This document shows, piece by piece, positions 42,373 through 55,471 of a stretch of 64,000 nucleotides of DNA. Below the pieces are notes generated by a model, which was not told the origin of the DNA, ran no database searches, and was given only the letters and a program-made list of their open reading frames with translations. Numbering within the stretch: position 1 is the first letter of the stretch; each line of letters opens with the position of its first letter. The DNA lies in assembly GCF_000143415.4 (NCBI RefSeq), contig NW_003314264.1:538774-602773 (forward strand), in the 5' to 3' direction. Source of the stretch: Selaginella moellendorffii. Its lineage: Eukaryota > Plantae > Lycopodiophyta. The translations under genes and the position numbers were made by a program.

Positions 42373-43302
42373 TTACGATTTGGCAGCTTTAGACGGCTTG
42401 AACAATTGCCTAACACCATCAGCCGGTGATATGTTCCAGCTCTCGACGTGCCTGATCGACAACAAAATTATTTCTTGAAGCACAGCTCGAGAGTATGGAT
42501 CTTACTTGCAAATCTTGCCAGACTCGTCATCGAAGAAATACTCCGTGCTTCCACTAGCTGCAAAGTAATCCTCAAACCTTTAGAAAGTGTGAAAGATTGG
42601 AGACGAGAGGTACCTGATATAGCTGGCCTCCAAGGCAAAGCAAGAACGCATCTAAAACGCCATCCTACTTTGAGACTATCCTGCTCGAACACCAAGAAGG
42701 AAAAAAAAGAGAGAACGACGAATTTGGTTTTGTGATCCAGAAAATCGTCACCTCTTTTTCGTCCCAGCTCGCAATCTTGAGTGTCGACTTCTTCATGAAA
42801 GCCCCGAGATTGGAAACGTTTTGCTTGAATCGCTTCAGGCCTTTAAATGATACAAAAGGGTCTGCGAACTCGCAATCGCTCTTGTAAATCCCGGTGGTCA
42901 TCTTTCCTGTGAGCCGATCAAAGGAATTACTTCCAAGAAAAATACGAATGTACCTGTGACAAAATAAGACTGCTCGTAGTCCTTCCTGATCAGATCGCAC
43001 GCCATTTCTCTCGTCACGACCTCAAAATCCCCTTCTTCTTGCTCCTGGCCCTGCGATTTCCCTAGCCCGGATTGGAAATTTCGCAATCCGGCAGCAGCGA
43101 TCCCGAATGCCTCGGACAGATACCAAACCATTCTCACCGGCACGCTCGCATTTGCCGTGGGAGGAGTGCGCCGCCGCTCCTCCTTGAGCTGCCGCGGGGC
43201 CTCGCATCGCGCCCCAAAACTTACCCTAGAGCCCCGGCATCGCGATCGCGAGCAAGGGACGCGAAACCCTAAGCACGAGCTCCGCAAGGAAGAAGAATCC
43301 AT
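42373..43302 (-). CDS. SnoaL/NTF2-like (DUF2358-type) protein with a probable plastid transit peptide
   Basis: IRKDYEQSYFVTG, YKSDCEFADPFVSFKGLKRFKQN, WRFRCVLALPWRP, HVESWNIS. Confidence 0.85.
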
Positions 43303-43389
43303 TAATCTGGGATGAAATTTTCCCGCCACTAGTACCTCGAGATAAGAATATTCTCCAAGAGATAGGGCAAGACTTCCAGTGCGCATTGG

Positions 43390-44653
<1,264 letters not shown>

Positions 44654-44832
44654 AGACACAGTTTTCTCTGTAGAAAAAGTGGTCTGCGGTGTTGCTACCG
44701 AAAGAGGTTCACGTGTTAAACTCCTTCGTTTCTATAGCGCTTGAAAGCTCTTTTTTTGTTCGCCTCCTCAGAGAGATTTTTGCTTGACTATACTGAAAGA
44801 CCAAGGTCTAATTTTCCCAGAACAAAATACAT

Positions 44833-44904
44833 TGCCTCCATGGAGGATTGAACTCCAGGCCTTCAGTTTACAAGACTGACGCTCTACCACTGAGCTATAG
44901 AGGC
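44833..44904 (-). tRNA. tRNA-Thr(TGT)
   Basis: GCCTCTATAGCTCAGTGGTAGAGCGTCAGTCTTGTAAACTGAAGGCCTGGAGTTCAATCCTCCATGGAGGCA; all stems pair. Confidence 0.93.
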
Positions 44905-45689
44905 ATTACAGCTTGATGCCACTAATGCATTTAATGAAGTTGTTCAGTTAACCACTCAGGATAATGCCAACTTCATCATGCTGCAGTATGAGGAAGTTTT
45001 TGCCTTACAGAATACCATTACAGCCCTTGAGGTGAGGGCATATAGGGATGTTGAAGTTCTTTCACAAGTGTAGTGGCTGAAACATAAACTTCTTGGTTGC
45101 TTTGGTATGGAGAGTACACGTGACAAATAAATGCTATATACTATTGCTAGACACTCTAAGTTATATTAAGCTAGCAGTGAAATATTTCTTCAACACGTGC
45201 TTTTTCAGCCAAGCCATGCTTCATTAGCAGGATTGGGAGAGTGTTCTCCTTAAGCTTGGCCTTTTAGAAGCGCGTGTTTTGTGACAATACAATCCAACAA
45301 CTCTTTGCTAAAGTAAGTATCAATGTGCCTTCTTCAATTGTTGAGTCCACAATAGCATGGTTCATTGACAAGAGGTATGTGTATCTATTTCTTAGCACTT
45401 AGTACCATTTTATTATTTTGTGCAAAGACCTACGTAGAAATTAGGCAGCTACACAACAATTAAAAGAATTATTGGCCACTACTGAAACACTATATTGTAA
45501 GTTCTCTCGTTTTTGCATCGAGAAGGCTATGCTTTGGCCATACAATCTTGCTTATACATGTTTGAGGCTGTCTCACATTCTGGTAAGCAATGGATTGCCT
45601 ATGAATTAAAGTTCCCTCACTTGTCCTTTCAGATTGCACCAAACAATGAATTCAGTTGTTTCTAATTCACCTTCAATACTAATCTCCGC

Positions 45690-46620
45690 ACACTGAATTA
45701 CAAAGTGGTCTATGCATTTGAGATTGGAGGAGCTTTGGTGTGGGAGGAATCCATAATAAATGCAGGTGGGCCACATGCAAAAGCCATTAAGGAGGCTATT
45801 TGCCAAATTCCAGGATTAGGAAGTTTAATTTTCACTTGGCTCACTAAAGTAACTTTGTGTTACAAATGCGTGGACTCTTTATGCTTAGGGAAGGAGCCAC
45901 ATATTGGCATCCCAAAATGCCAATGCATTCTAGGACGTTAGGACAAGAAGAGCAGGATGTGGTAAGTTAAGTTTAAAGCACAAATTTTATATGCTCCTCA
46001 TTTCTATATGCACAAGCTATCTTTGTGGGATGGTTGCTATTCCAAGCGTTCGAATGTCATGCACAGGTATCTCGCAGGTGTACAATTGCAATATTGGCAA
46101 TTGCAGCCCGAGAGGTTCCAAATGAGAATGATCAATGACTTGCCCGATGAGGACTATATGAGATGGACCTCAAAGCATACGCGCCGTATATTTGGAATGC
46201 ACTCAACCAATTGCGAGGTGCATCAACCCTAAAGGAGGAGGGCAATCGACACAAGTCTGTGGATTCCATCTTAGAGAACCTTGCATTTACTAACTACAAC
46301 GCAGTGCTTGAGTCTAGACTCACCGAACTTGGTGAAGGTTATGAGCAGGCTGTGGAGGCATGTGTGGCTGTGATGGTCTGGCGTTACCTATTCATTGAGC
46401 CAAACGTAGTGGGATATTTACTCCAAGATGGCTTCCAACACTCAATGTGCATGGAAGCTCGTCAGAGGCCTTACAAGGGTCCAGCATTGTTAGGTGGGCT
46501 TTCACTCATTGGGAGAGATGCTTTGTTACAGGTCTTTCGGGTAAGGACAATCATTCCTCCCATGGAGTTCACCAACTGCCTAATCTTTGATTAGGACTTT
46601 AGAGAGAACTTCCACAACTG
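45690..46620 (+). pseudogene. Decayed gene, possibly a HECT-domain remnant
   Basis: VYAF..EESIINAGGPHAKAI resembles the HECT N-lobe GE.xIDxGGPxREF motif; further broken ORFs with intron-like interruptions follow. Confidence 0.3.
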
Positions 46621-46783
46621 GATTGTGGACATTATTTGAGGTAACTATTTACTGTCACAAACAACTAAAACTCTTGTATGTTTGAACATTTTATAAATAT
46701 GAGCCCGAAAGAGTTATCCAAGTTCCATCACTTTGTAGTTGATTCTTTAGAGTTCTGACCGAGAGAGCCTAATTGGATCCACA

Positions 46784-47378
46784 TGTAAGCTCCTGAGTTT
46801 GGACTTCCTGGGAGGTCACCCAACCCAGTACTATTCAAACCCAAGGACGCTTAACTCCAAATATCCCAAGACCCTTAACCGATTGGAAAAGGGGGTGCAC
46901 TTTTGTTCATGGGCCCTTTCCCTCTATATTTGAACCCCAATGGATCGTTTCTCGAGTCGTTCCCTTTAGTTGCTTACAATCCACCATGCTTCCCTGCAAG
47001 TTCACGCCCTCGTGAACGGAAGCTGAGAGCCGCAACTCTCCCAAGAGCCCCGCTCTCTTGACACCCTACCCCTCGGGTTGAGCCCAGCAGAAGCAAACTG
47101 GACTAGCCAGATGTCAATCAACATGTGGTGTGATTCCCCTAGCCAACCAACAAAGTCGGACCCAAGACCCCTCTGATACCAAATGTAAGCTCCTGAGTTT
47201 GGACTTCCTGGGAGGTCACCCAACCCACTACTATTCAAACCCAAGGACGCTTAACTCCAAATATCCCAAGACCCTTAACCGATTGGAAAAGGGGGTGCAC
47301 TCTTGTTCATGGGCCCTTTCCCTCTATATTTGAACCCCAATGGATCGTTTCTCAAATTGTTCCCTTTGGTTGCTTACA
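46784..47378 (-). mobile_element. Cassandra-type TRIM retrotransposon (195-bp LTRs carrying 5S rRNA promoter sequence)
   Basis: LTRs at 46784-46978 and 47184-47378 (TGTAAGC..GCTTACA, 6 mismatches); 5-bp TSD CCACA; PBS TGGTATCAGAG (tRNA-iMet) and PPT ..GGTGGAT on the minus strand; 205-bp non-coding interior; LTR contains GGAGTTAAGCGTCCTTGGG..TAGTACTGGGTTGGGTGACCTCCCAGGAAGTCC. Confidence 0.95.
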
Positions 47379-47683
47379 CCACATTGAGAGATAGGGTACA
47401 TCATCTACTCGATTTCCCAGGTTCTCCACATGCACACGAGAGGTTTTCTTCCCTTTAACATACATGTCAATGGAGTGGACCAAACACAAGATCCACCGGG
47501 CACTCCAAAATCCAGAGAGTTTGTATGGATTAGGTTGATGTTGTGGAAGTACCATAATCTAAACACTTTCACAATAAAAATAGATAATTATCTTAAAATA
47601 TGTTTCACACTTTGAAAGAAACTCTTTCTAATTCATTGGTGAAGTTAAAGGTAAGAATATTCAAAATATTCCACAAATGCCCA

Positions 47684-48259
47684 TTATAAGCACTTGCGGC
47701 CCTTGGTACCCTTTTGGCTTATGCTTACCTCACCAAGGGTAATCACTATAGCTTCCAAAGTAGCTCCTTGTTTAGGATCTGGGTCAAAATTATTGAGTTT
47801 GGGTGCTACATAATGCACATCCTCGCTTGAGGAACTCTCAACCTGTTTCATGGTAGAACCAAAATCACCCTCTGGGTCTATGAACTTGTCCTCGCTTGCA
47901 TCTCGAGCAGTAACATATTCCTTACTGTCACTTTCTTTAGCAGGACTTTTCCCCTCGGTGATTGGCACAACATTAGAAGTAGTCTTGGGCTGCCTTGTCG
48001 AAGGGATTATCAAGTCTTGAGAGGAGGAGGCATCATATAAAATCCTTGGTCCTGTCCCCTGTTGGATCCATTGTTGTGCCTCAAAGAAGTTATAGAATCC
48101 TCTCCAATTTGTTATGCCAGGAGGAAACCTAAAAACCTCAAACATTACAAAAGGGTTAGAGCATATAGGAAACTGTCACAAATCTACTTTTACCAAAGTG
48201 AGCATGAGCTTTCAATCCCTGAAAAATCCAGTTCTTCGGCCGCAGCACGTAGCATACAT
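47684..48259 (-). pseudogene. RNase H1 N-terminal hybrid-binding (caulimovirus viroplasmin-like) domain pseudogene
   Basis: Spliced MYATCCGRRTGFFRD*KLMLTL|VFRFPPGITNWRGFYNFFEAQQWI fits YAVxxGRxxGIxxxW..V..F.G...K.F...EA; the conserved W is TGA at 48212-48214. Confidence 0.55.
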
Positions 48260-48305
48260 TGAATAGTTTTGCCCCATGCTTGGAAACCCTTTTTACAAAT
48301 TTCAA

Positions 48306-48571
48306 AATTTGAAACAATTATGATTGGAAAATATTGTAAATGTCCATTGTTATTGTTTTTCTCACCTGAATGTTACTACATGCAATTGCAACTTCCATAT
48401 TCTCAAATCTCCTTCAGCATGCTCCTCTTGAGAGAACTCCAAGTCCAATTTGAAACAATTATAATTGGAAAATGTTGAAAGTGTTTTTTGTTATCCTAAA
48501 TGTTACTACATGCAATTGCAACTTCCACATTCTCAAATCTCCTTCAGCATGCTCCTGTTGAGAGAACTCCA
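48306..48571. repeat. Imperfect tandem duplication, ~130-140 bp unit
   Basis: AATTTGAAACAATTAT..TGTTACTACATGCAATTGCAACTTCCA..GAGAGAACTCCA occurs twice. Confidence 0.85.
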
Positions 48572-49240
48572 GATCCAAACATTAACAGTATGCACTTTTG
48601 TGTAGTATACAATTGAAGTATGAGCCCCACCAATTCATCGAATTGGTTAAATTTAAACATACTTTTGAGTCATATGCAAATCTTCTAAGCATCATGGTAC
48701 AAAACTAAAGTGTTAAGAGAGCTACACTAGAAATCAATGGCAACGAAAGATAAACTCAATGGGATGCATTAAAGACATAGCTCTAGACAATATATATCCA
48801 TGGCTTTCCAATCTTTCAAATCTTTCCTTCTTTCAAATCAACTTGGAAAGATTGAAAACTCCATCTTCCAGATCCTTAGCCTAGATGGAGTTCACTTACG
48901 CTTGCTGTGAACACTATGTTAAAAGAGGTGTGCCAAAAAAGGATAATTTAGTTCTTTTGCCATGAGTGCCAAAAGCAAGATGTGAGAACATAATGCTCTA
49001 GATAGGGTAGTATGGTATGCAATTTAGTCAATTGTCCATTTGGTTTGCAACATTAACAATTTGCTAGAATGCATGGGCTCTATGGGCCATGAATGGCTTC
49101 ATTCCATACATAGCATTGGTCATTGCTGTGGGCATTATGCCCCATCCGGGGCATAAGGATTGGATATTCGTAAAGTATTCTATGCTTGTGTTTTTTTCAC
49201 ACTCATTTTTTCACAATTTTTGTTTGTATTGTGTGCAATT

Positions 49241-49705
49241 NNNNNNNNNNNNNNNNNNNNNNNNNNNNNNNNNNNNNNNNNNNNNNNNNNNNNNNNNNNN
49301 NNNNNNNNNNNNNNNNNNNNNNNNNNNNNNNNNNNNNNNNNNNNNNNNNNNNNNNNNNNNNNNNNNNNNNNNNNNNNNNNNNNNNNNNNNNNNNNNNNNN
49401 NNNNNNNNNNNNNNNNNNNNNNNNNNNNNNNNNNNNNNNNNNNNNNNNNNNNNNNNNNNNNNNNNNNNNNNNNNNNNNNNNNNNNNNNNNNNNNNNNNNN
49501 NNNNNNNNNNNNNNNNNNNNNNNNNNNNNNNNNNNNNNNNNNNNNNNNNNNNNNNNNNNNNNNNNNNNNNNNNNNNNNNNNNNNNNNNNNNNNNNNNNNN
49601 NNNNNNNNNNNNNNNNNNNNNNNNNNNNNNNNNNNNNNNNNNNNNNNNNNNNNNNNNNNNNNNNNNNNNNNNNNNNNNNNNNNNNNNNNNNNNNNNNNNN
49701 NNNNN
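49241..49705. other. Assembly gap (N run)
   Basis: Run of n. Confidence 1.
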
Positions 49706-49774
49706 CTGAGCGCCCTTGATCGCTCTCCGGATCATCGATCCCAGCGCGCGGCGGCGAGGATTTCAACTAACGAA

Positions 49775-52700
49775 ATGGACGAGGAATTGGCTAAGGTGCA
49801 GGCTCAAATCGGGCTTCTTCAGCCGCAGATCCAAGCGGCTGGGGAATCTTTTCTCTCTGCCTGTGAGAGTGGCAATCAATCTCTGGTGGAATATTGGCAG
49901 AAGGAAGAAGAACAGCTGTGGAAGGAAGAAGAACAGCTGCGGAAGGAAGAAGAACAGCTGCGGAACAAGGAACTCCTCCTCCTCAAATCTAATGGTAAGT
50001 CATTCTTTGTGTATTGCTTTCCCCCTCGAGTTTGGACGTTTTACTGTGTGTGTGGTTCCATGTGGCTATGGCTGCTTTCGGCCATGGTTAAGGATTTTGC
50101 CAGAGGTAGCTTCAATTCGCTTTTATTTTGGGTTGCTGGAAGTGTGGCTATGGTGGCTTTTGGCTATGCTGCCGGTGGATGCATGCTCCCTTATGGATCC
50201 TTGGTCGTCCTTGTATGGCTATGGCTGTTGAGACCCTGGTTTTTTCTTCTAGATCTAATGCTAACTTTGTTTTGTTCTGAATGTTGCAGTGCGCGGATCT
50301 GGTAAGCAATTGCGAAAGCCCTTCGTTTCCTTGCACATGCATCCCCATTTTCTGTCCAGTTCTTGGTATTCCATTTGTCCAGTTCTGGATGCTACTTTAA
50401 TGCTGTCTGTCTAGTAATAGTTGGGTGTCTTCTCTTTGGGATGACTGGTATGTTTTTCGGCCTGACACTAGAGTTTGCTCAGTTCTGCTCACAAGTCTGT
50501 GCGTTCCTCCAAAGCCCCCTTGTTTGCTTTTCATGTCTGTCTTGTGTTTTACTTGGTCATTCCCCGATGCCTTTTCTTTCAAATTTCGTCGCTGCCAATC
50601 TGGTAGCCCTCTCTGTCGAGTCCCATTAACCTCTCAGATCTGTGTTGCGAAATCCCTGACCATAACCACACATGGAAGAGATGACTAAGGATCTCTTTCT
50701 CCTCTCCCGCAGCAGCCTCTCTTTCACCCGGAGCAGCAGCAACTCTTTATCCCGGAGCGGCTCCACTGTCCTGCTTTGCTTTCCCTGTCTGGTCACGGTT
50801 AAGGATTTTTGCTTCCTGAATCTGTTTCTTTCTTTCTGTGTGGATATCTCGTAATCTCCACCCCTGTTTGCCCTTTGGCTGTGTTTAATTCTGTGGCCAT
50901 TCCTCCATAGACTTTATTGTGCCTCTCACAGCACCAGCGCCAGCAGCGGGACTTCCTCCAGCCGATTCTTACGTGCCTGGTAAGAATGATGTCTAGGGGA
51001 CTGAATGCCATAGTTTTTTGTTTCAGACATGATCGCCTGGGCCAAAAAGCTGGACGAGAACCTGACCGCAGATTTTGCTGACGGCGGCATTGACTGGACA
51101 AGCCATGCGACTTTTCGGGAGCTCCATATTCCCGCTTTCTCTGGAACTGATGGCAATCAAACATACATGTACATGGGTCGCTCACTCTTCAAGGAGATAG
51201 AAAGTTTTGTATCGGCCTTGAGACACGGCACTTCGGATAATGACAACAAACCTCCAGGTATAATTATTGGAACTCCGGGGTGGTCTGGGAAGACCACTGT
51301 TCTTGCTACTGTGGCTGGATATCTTCGGCACCTTTGGAAGAACACCTCCAAGAAGGTCGTCTTTATCAATGGCGAAGATTTGGTCGACAATCCCTTGAGG
51401 ACAATGTGGCTGGCTCTTTTGCTGAGCTACATAGACGACCTTCCAGCCGAGCTTTTGTGCCGGGGGTGGACCTTGGAAGCATTAGAATCTTGGATCCTGT
51501 CGAGATGGTCAGAGCAGCTTTACTTTCTTGTGGACGAGGCCAACGCGTTTGACACCACGCTCAACAGAAAACTGGGGGCTCCCAGCGCGGAAAGAAGAGA
51601 CGAGGCTTACCATTCTATGAAGACGATGCAATTGCTGCACGTCGTTGTCTACTGTTCGTCCGTCGGACCTCTGTGGAGGAGCAGAGTAGTGAGCGACAAA
51701 AGCCCTCCGTACATGTTAGTCACAGGTGGTTACAGCGTAAGTAGCGACTACTTTCCAACACTGGTGTGGGGCTAACTTGTGTGCTTTTCCTTTTATCCAA
51801 CAGGCTGAGGAACTGCAGGCATATTGCGAACACGAGGTTCGTCGTGCCGGGCGGCTCCAAGTGGTAGTGTTTACTGTTTCTTCCTTTAAAGCCTACTAAT
51901 GGTTTGGAGTAGGAGGATCCAATTGTGGCGTATTGCAGGCTTCGCACAAGGCAAGAACACCGGAAGTTGAATGCAAATGCTAAGCGCATTAAGGTAAATG
52001 AAATGTGTGATTTTACGGCTTACCGACGCGATGAAGCAGGTTGATGGATCTGAGGAGGAGCTGAATTTGTCCGACATGGAGCTCTGCTCGGAATTCAAAA
52101 GTGAGACTGGCTGGGTTCCCGGGCTTGTCGCTCATTACGGGACCTGGAAACTACGGACCACGTACCACATGTACGAAGCTGGGCTGCGAGAGTATATCCA
52201 AGAGGCGGTCAAGGACCGAGATCGCTGGGATTCCTTCATAGCTGTGCTCGGCGGAGTGGAAACGATTAGAAGGGTGTTGCGAGACGCGCTAGACACTCGA
52301 TGCTTCTACGTGGATCCAGAGACACAAACAGGAAAATGTCTATCAGATTCTCTGCGTGCGCGCACTATGGTGCTCATCACCGAGACTCTGCGGTACGCGT
52401 CCGACTTTGAGGCTAGGATGGGCATCGGCCAATGGACAGGGCTGATCCGGCACGACGACAACAGTGCTCGGGTTGGGTGGAACGCAGAAATGGCAACTCT
52501 CATTTTCATCAAACACTATGGTATCGTTATTGACACGGAAGGTCTGCAGCTTAACTTCAAACCTGAAGTGGTTGTCAGATTCGAAGGTGATTTCTCTCCC
52601 CAATTTCTGATCGCGGACAATGTTTCTCGTTTCTTCCCACCTGTGAAGTTCAACCACACGGGAGTTGATTGCCTTGGAGAAAACGAGAAGCACGTTTTGT

Positions 52701-53110
52701 GGGTGCAAATAGCGACTGGGGTGGATGTGGTATTGAAGCATGGAAATACGCTCTCGCGATTTTTGGAGATGACAAAAGGTGACGCGCGAGAGAAGGTTCT
52801 TGTCTGGATCTTGGCAGTGGACAGTGCTGATAAGATATGGATACGCAATGGCGTGGGTTACAAGGAGGTGTTCATTTGTTTTGGCCGTTTGAGTGAAATG
52901 CTGAAAGTCATCGACGTTGCATGCTGCAGGCTGCATCTCGAGAGTAGCAAGAACGTCAAGGTGGCAAGCAACCCTGAAGAAGCTAAAGCTGAGGCGGAGG
53001 AGTTGAGAAAGCTTGGTCGGTGCGGTTCCTTGAGCACGGGAAGTGGAAATCCCTGTCGGCGTTTTCGTGGTGACGAGCCATATTGCCATCACCACGATAA
53101 GCGTCCTTGA
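49775..53110 (+). CDS. Crinkler/CR-effector-like protein: coiled-coil header + P-loop NTPase + PD-(D/E)xK-like nuclease + C-terminal C3H motif, ~729 aa, 6 exons
   Basis: Exons 49775-49994, 50932-50979, 51027-51736, 51804-51863, 51913-51993, 52040-53110 splice GT-AG into one open frame; IIIGTPGWSGKTT, LYFLVDEAN, GGYSAEEL, TGWVPG, E..NHTGVDCL..VLWVQIAT, CGSLSTGSGNPCRRFRGDEPYCHHH. Confidence 0.65.
49900..49962 (+). repeat. 21-bp coding tandem repeat x3 (heptad KEEEQL[W/R])
   Basis: GAAGGAAGAAGAACAGCTG(T/C)G repeated three times. Confidence 0.9.
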
Positions 53111-54730
53111 ATAGTCTTCAGTGTTTCAGCCTTGGATGTTTACATTTAACCATCACATTTTGGAAATTTTGGGAATTGTTGGTTTTTCTAGCCAAGCTTG
53201 TGCTTCTCGACGATTGCAGCGATAAGCCGATGCTGCAGATAAACGAAGCGGGTGCTTCTAAAGTGCGGGCTTCTAAAGTGTGGACTTGTGGACACGGATT
53301 TGTGGTCAGAGGAGGACAAGGATGATGATGAGGATGGAGTTCTGCAGAGGTACGAATTTTAGAGACGCTAGCATTGACAAACCTGTAATGGACTATCACC
53401 TCAAAATATTTTGTGATCTAAAGTTCAGTAAAGGCTTGAAAATCTTATCAAACCACTTCATTGCAATCCATTATTGTTGACGCTCCAACAATCTACATGC
53501 AAATGTTAGTTCAATTTTGAATGGCACAATTTTCAATTATCTTACTCTACTGTAGAAAAGTTGTCAAGCAACTCCATAAGAGTAAGTGAAGTGGAGCTCC
53601 TTCCCTCTAGAAAGGGGGGTGGAGGCACACCATGGTCTTCAAGGCCTCTGCCATCACTATCATACACTACCATTGGCTTATCTACACTCAAAAATTAGAA
53701 AATGAAGAAAATATTTATTTATGTTCATGCTTTTTACCAGCTATATGGCTTGGAGCCACTATCTCTAGTGACAAGGATGTCTCCGAAGATCCTTGATGCG
53801 GTTCATCCCCACCATCACCTTATTCTTTGACTCCGGTGATGTCCATGTTATCTTGTATGGGAAGAGTATCTTCCGATACTGGAAGAATGTCCTCTTCATC
53901 CATAGAGTCTTCTTCATCATTATTCTCATCTTGGTTTGGTTTTTACGTGGCTGGCCTTGGGAGAAATGGCTCTATCACCAAAGGATCATCATTTGCAGTC
54001 AAGGTATTTATAGTAGCTACAACTGCAAAGACCACAACATATATTTGTGAGCAGGGAACTTAAAAAAAAAATGACTTATGTTCACGAACATCCTTCTCCT
54101 CGAATGCTTGGGCCTGCTTTTGATAACTTAGCCAATGTTTGTCAATATGATGCTCCATAATATTATATAGGTATATTACTATTACCCAGTTACTATTGGC
54201 CTTTGTTTGTTATAGCTCCCCATGATGTTTGAGGAGGCCAGTAGAAATGTCGGATAGAGTTGAGGCTAAATTTTGCAAATTGAGCATGGGCCTCACCACC
54301 ATTAGACTGCCTTGCACGCTGGACAAATGCTTCTGGGTTGGTCATGGATGAAGGTTGGATTCTTGAGGCTTGGAGTTATAGTAGAATCGTATGTTGGGCC
54401 ATGTTGGGCTAGAAAGGAATACTGGAGTATAAGCCACCCCATATGAGACACTTTGGGAGGTCCATTGCCAGCTCGTCAAGTTCCGTCACCTTCACAGATG
54501 GCTCTCTTTTCTGCTCATACAAGTGTGCATGCCAAGTTTTCGGGATTGCAATCCACTTGGTGATAAGAACTGTGGTGAATGGCCGGGGGACCAAGGGTGT
54601 CATAGATGACATCCCACCAATGACTTTGGATTGACTGCTACGACGTCTATGATGACAAAATAAGGACTACTAATTATTATCAGCATAAGTGTGCACTACA
54701 ACCATAAGCGGTGAGAGAGTCTAACACAAT

Positions 54731-54763
54731 AAAACTGATAAAACTGATAAAACTGATAAAACT
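54731..54763. repeat. 9-bp tandem repeat (AAAACTGAT) x3.5
   Basis: Seen directly in the sequence. Confidence 0.85.
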
Positions 54764-55471
54764 ATCTAGATTGGACAACACTGTGGGCATGAGGCGTTCG
54801 GACTTGCTCATTTCAGATGCTCGGGCTGCTACTTTCCAAGGAAGGTGAGGAGAAGGAAACATGCTGGAGGTTTCGCATATGTTGCATTGTATGCAATGTT
54901 AGGCGGCACTTTACTTACTAAAATGCAGTCAGGAGCTGTGGATGGGATGCTATTGGAGTTGATGTCCTTGTTGCAGAACTTGGAAAATCAAGTGGTTGGT
55001 GTGTGTCTTGTGGGATTGTTGGCTGTACCGATTGCGGAACATTGAGTGCTTAGTTGCGTGCTCACAAGGTGTTTCCTACATAGTGTCTACTACTGTTGAG
55101 GCGTGTGGTGGTCTTACTTCGAGCCTAGAAACCATAAGGGATTGGTTATGCAAACCTGATCAAGGAGAAACTACCCACTATCACAGCTGTGGTGCTTTTG
55201 CTTGGGCGGTGGTCCTGCAATTGGGGGAGTGTGCACTAGAAGCCTTGCCTCCAGTTAGATGATGTGAATCAATTGGAAGAACGAATGAACCACTGACAAA
55301 ATTATGTCATAAAATGAAATTGCCCCGTATCCAAGGCACAATTAATATAGGTGGGACTTGGTGCAAACCCAAATCTCGAACGTGGAAACCCTAAAATTGA
55401 AGAAATCAAGAATTGAATTTAAATTTGAAATGTACACTAAAGAACACTTAATTTTCTCTGAGTATGGCCAA

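Noticed and set aside
46801-46858. Functional 5S rRNA genes
   Set aside because: Only ~58 nt of the internal promoter region is present, embedded in LTRs; no full 120-nt 5S.
49089-49766. Long ORFs spanning the N run
   Set aside because: Artefacts of translating the gap.
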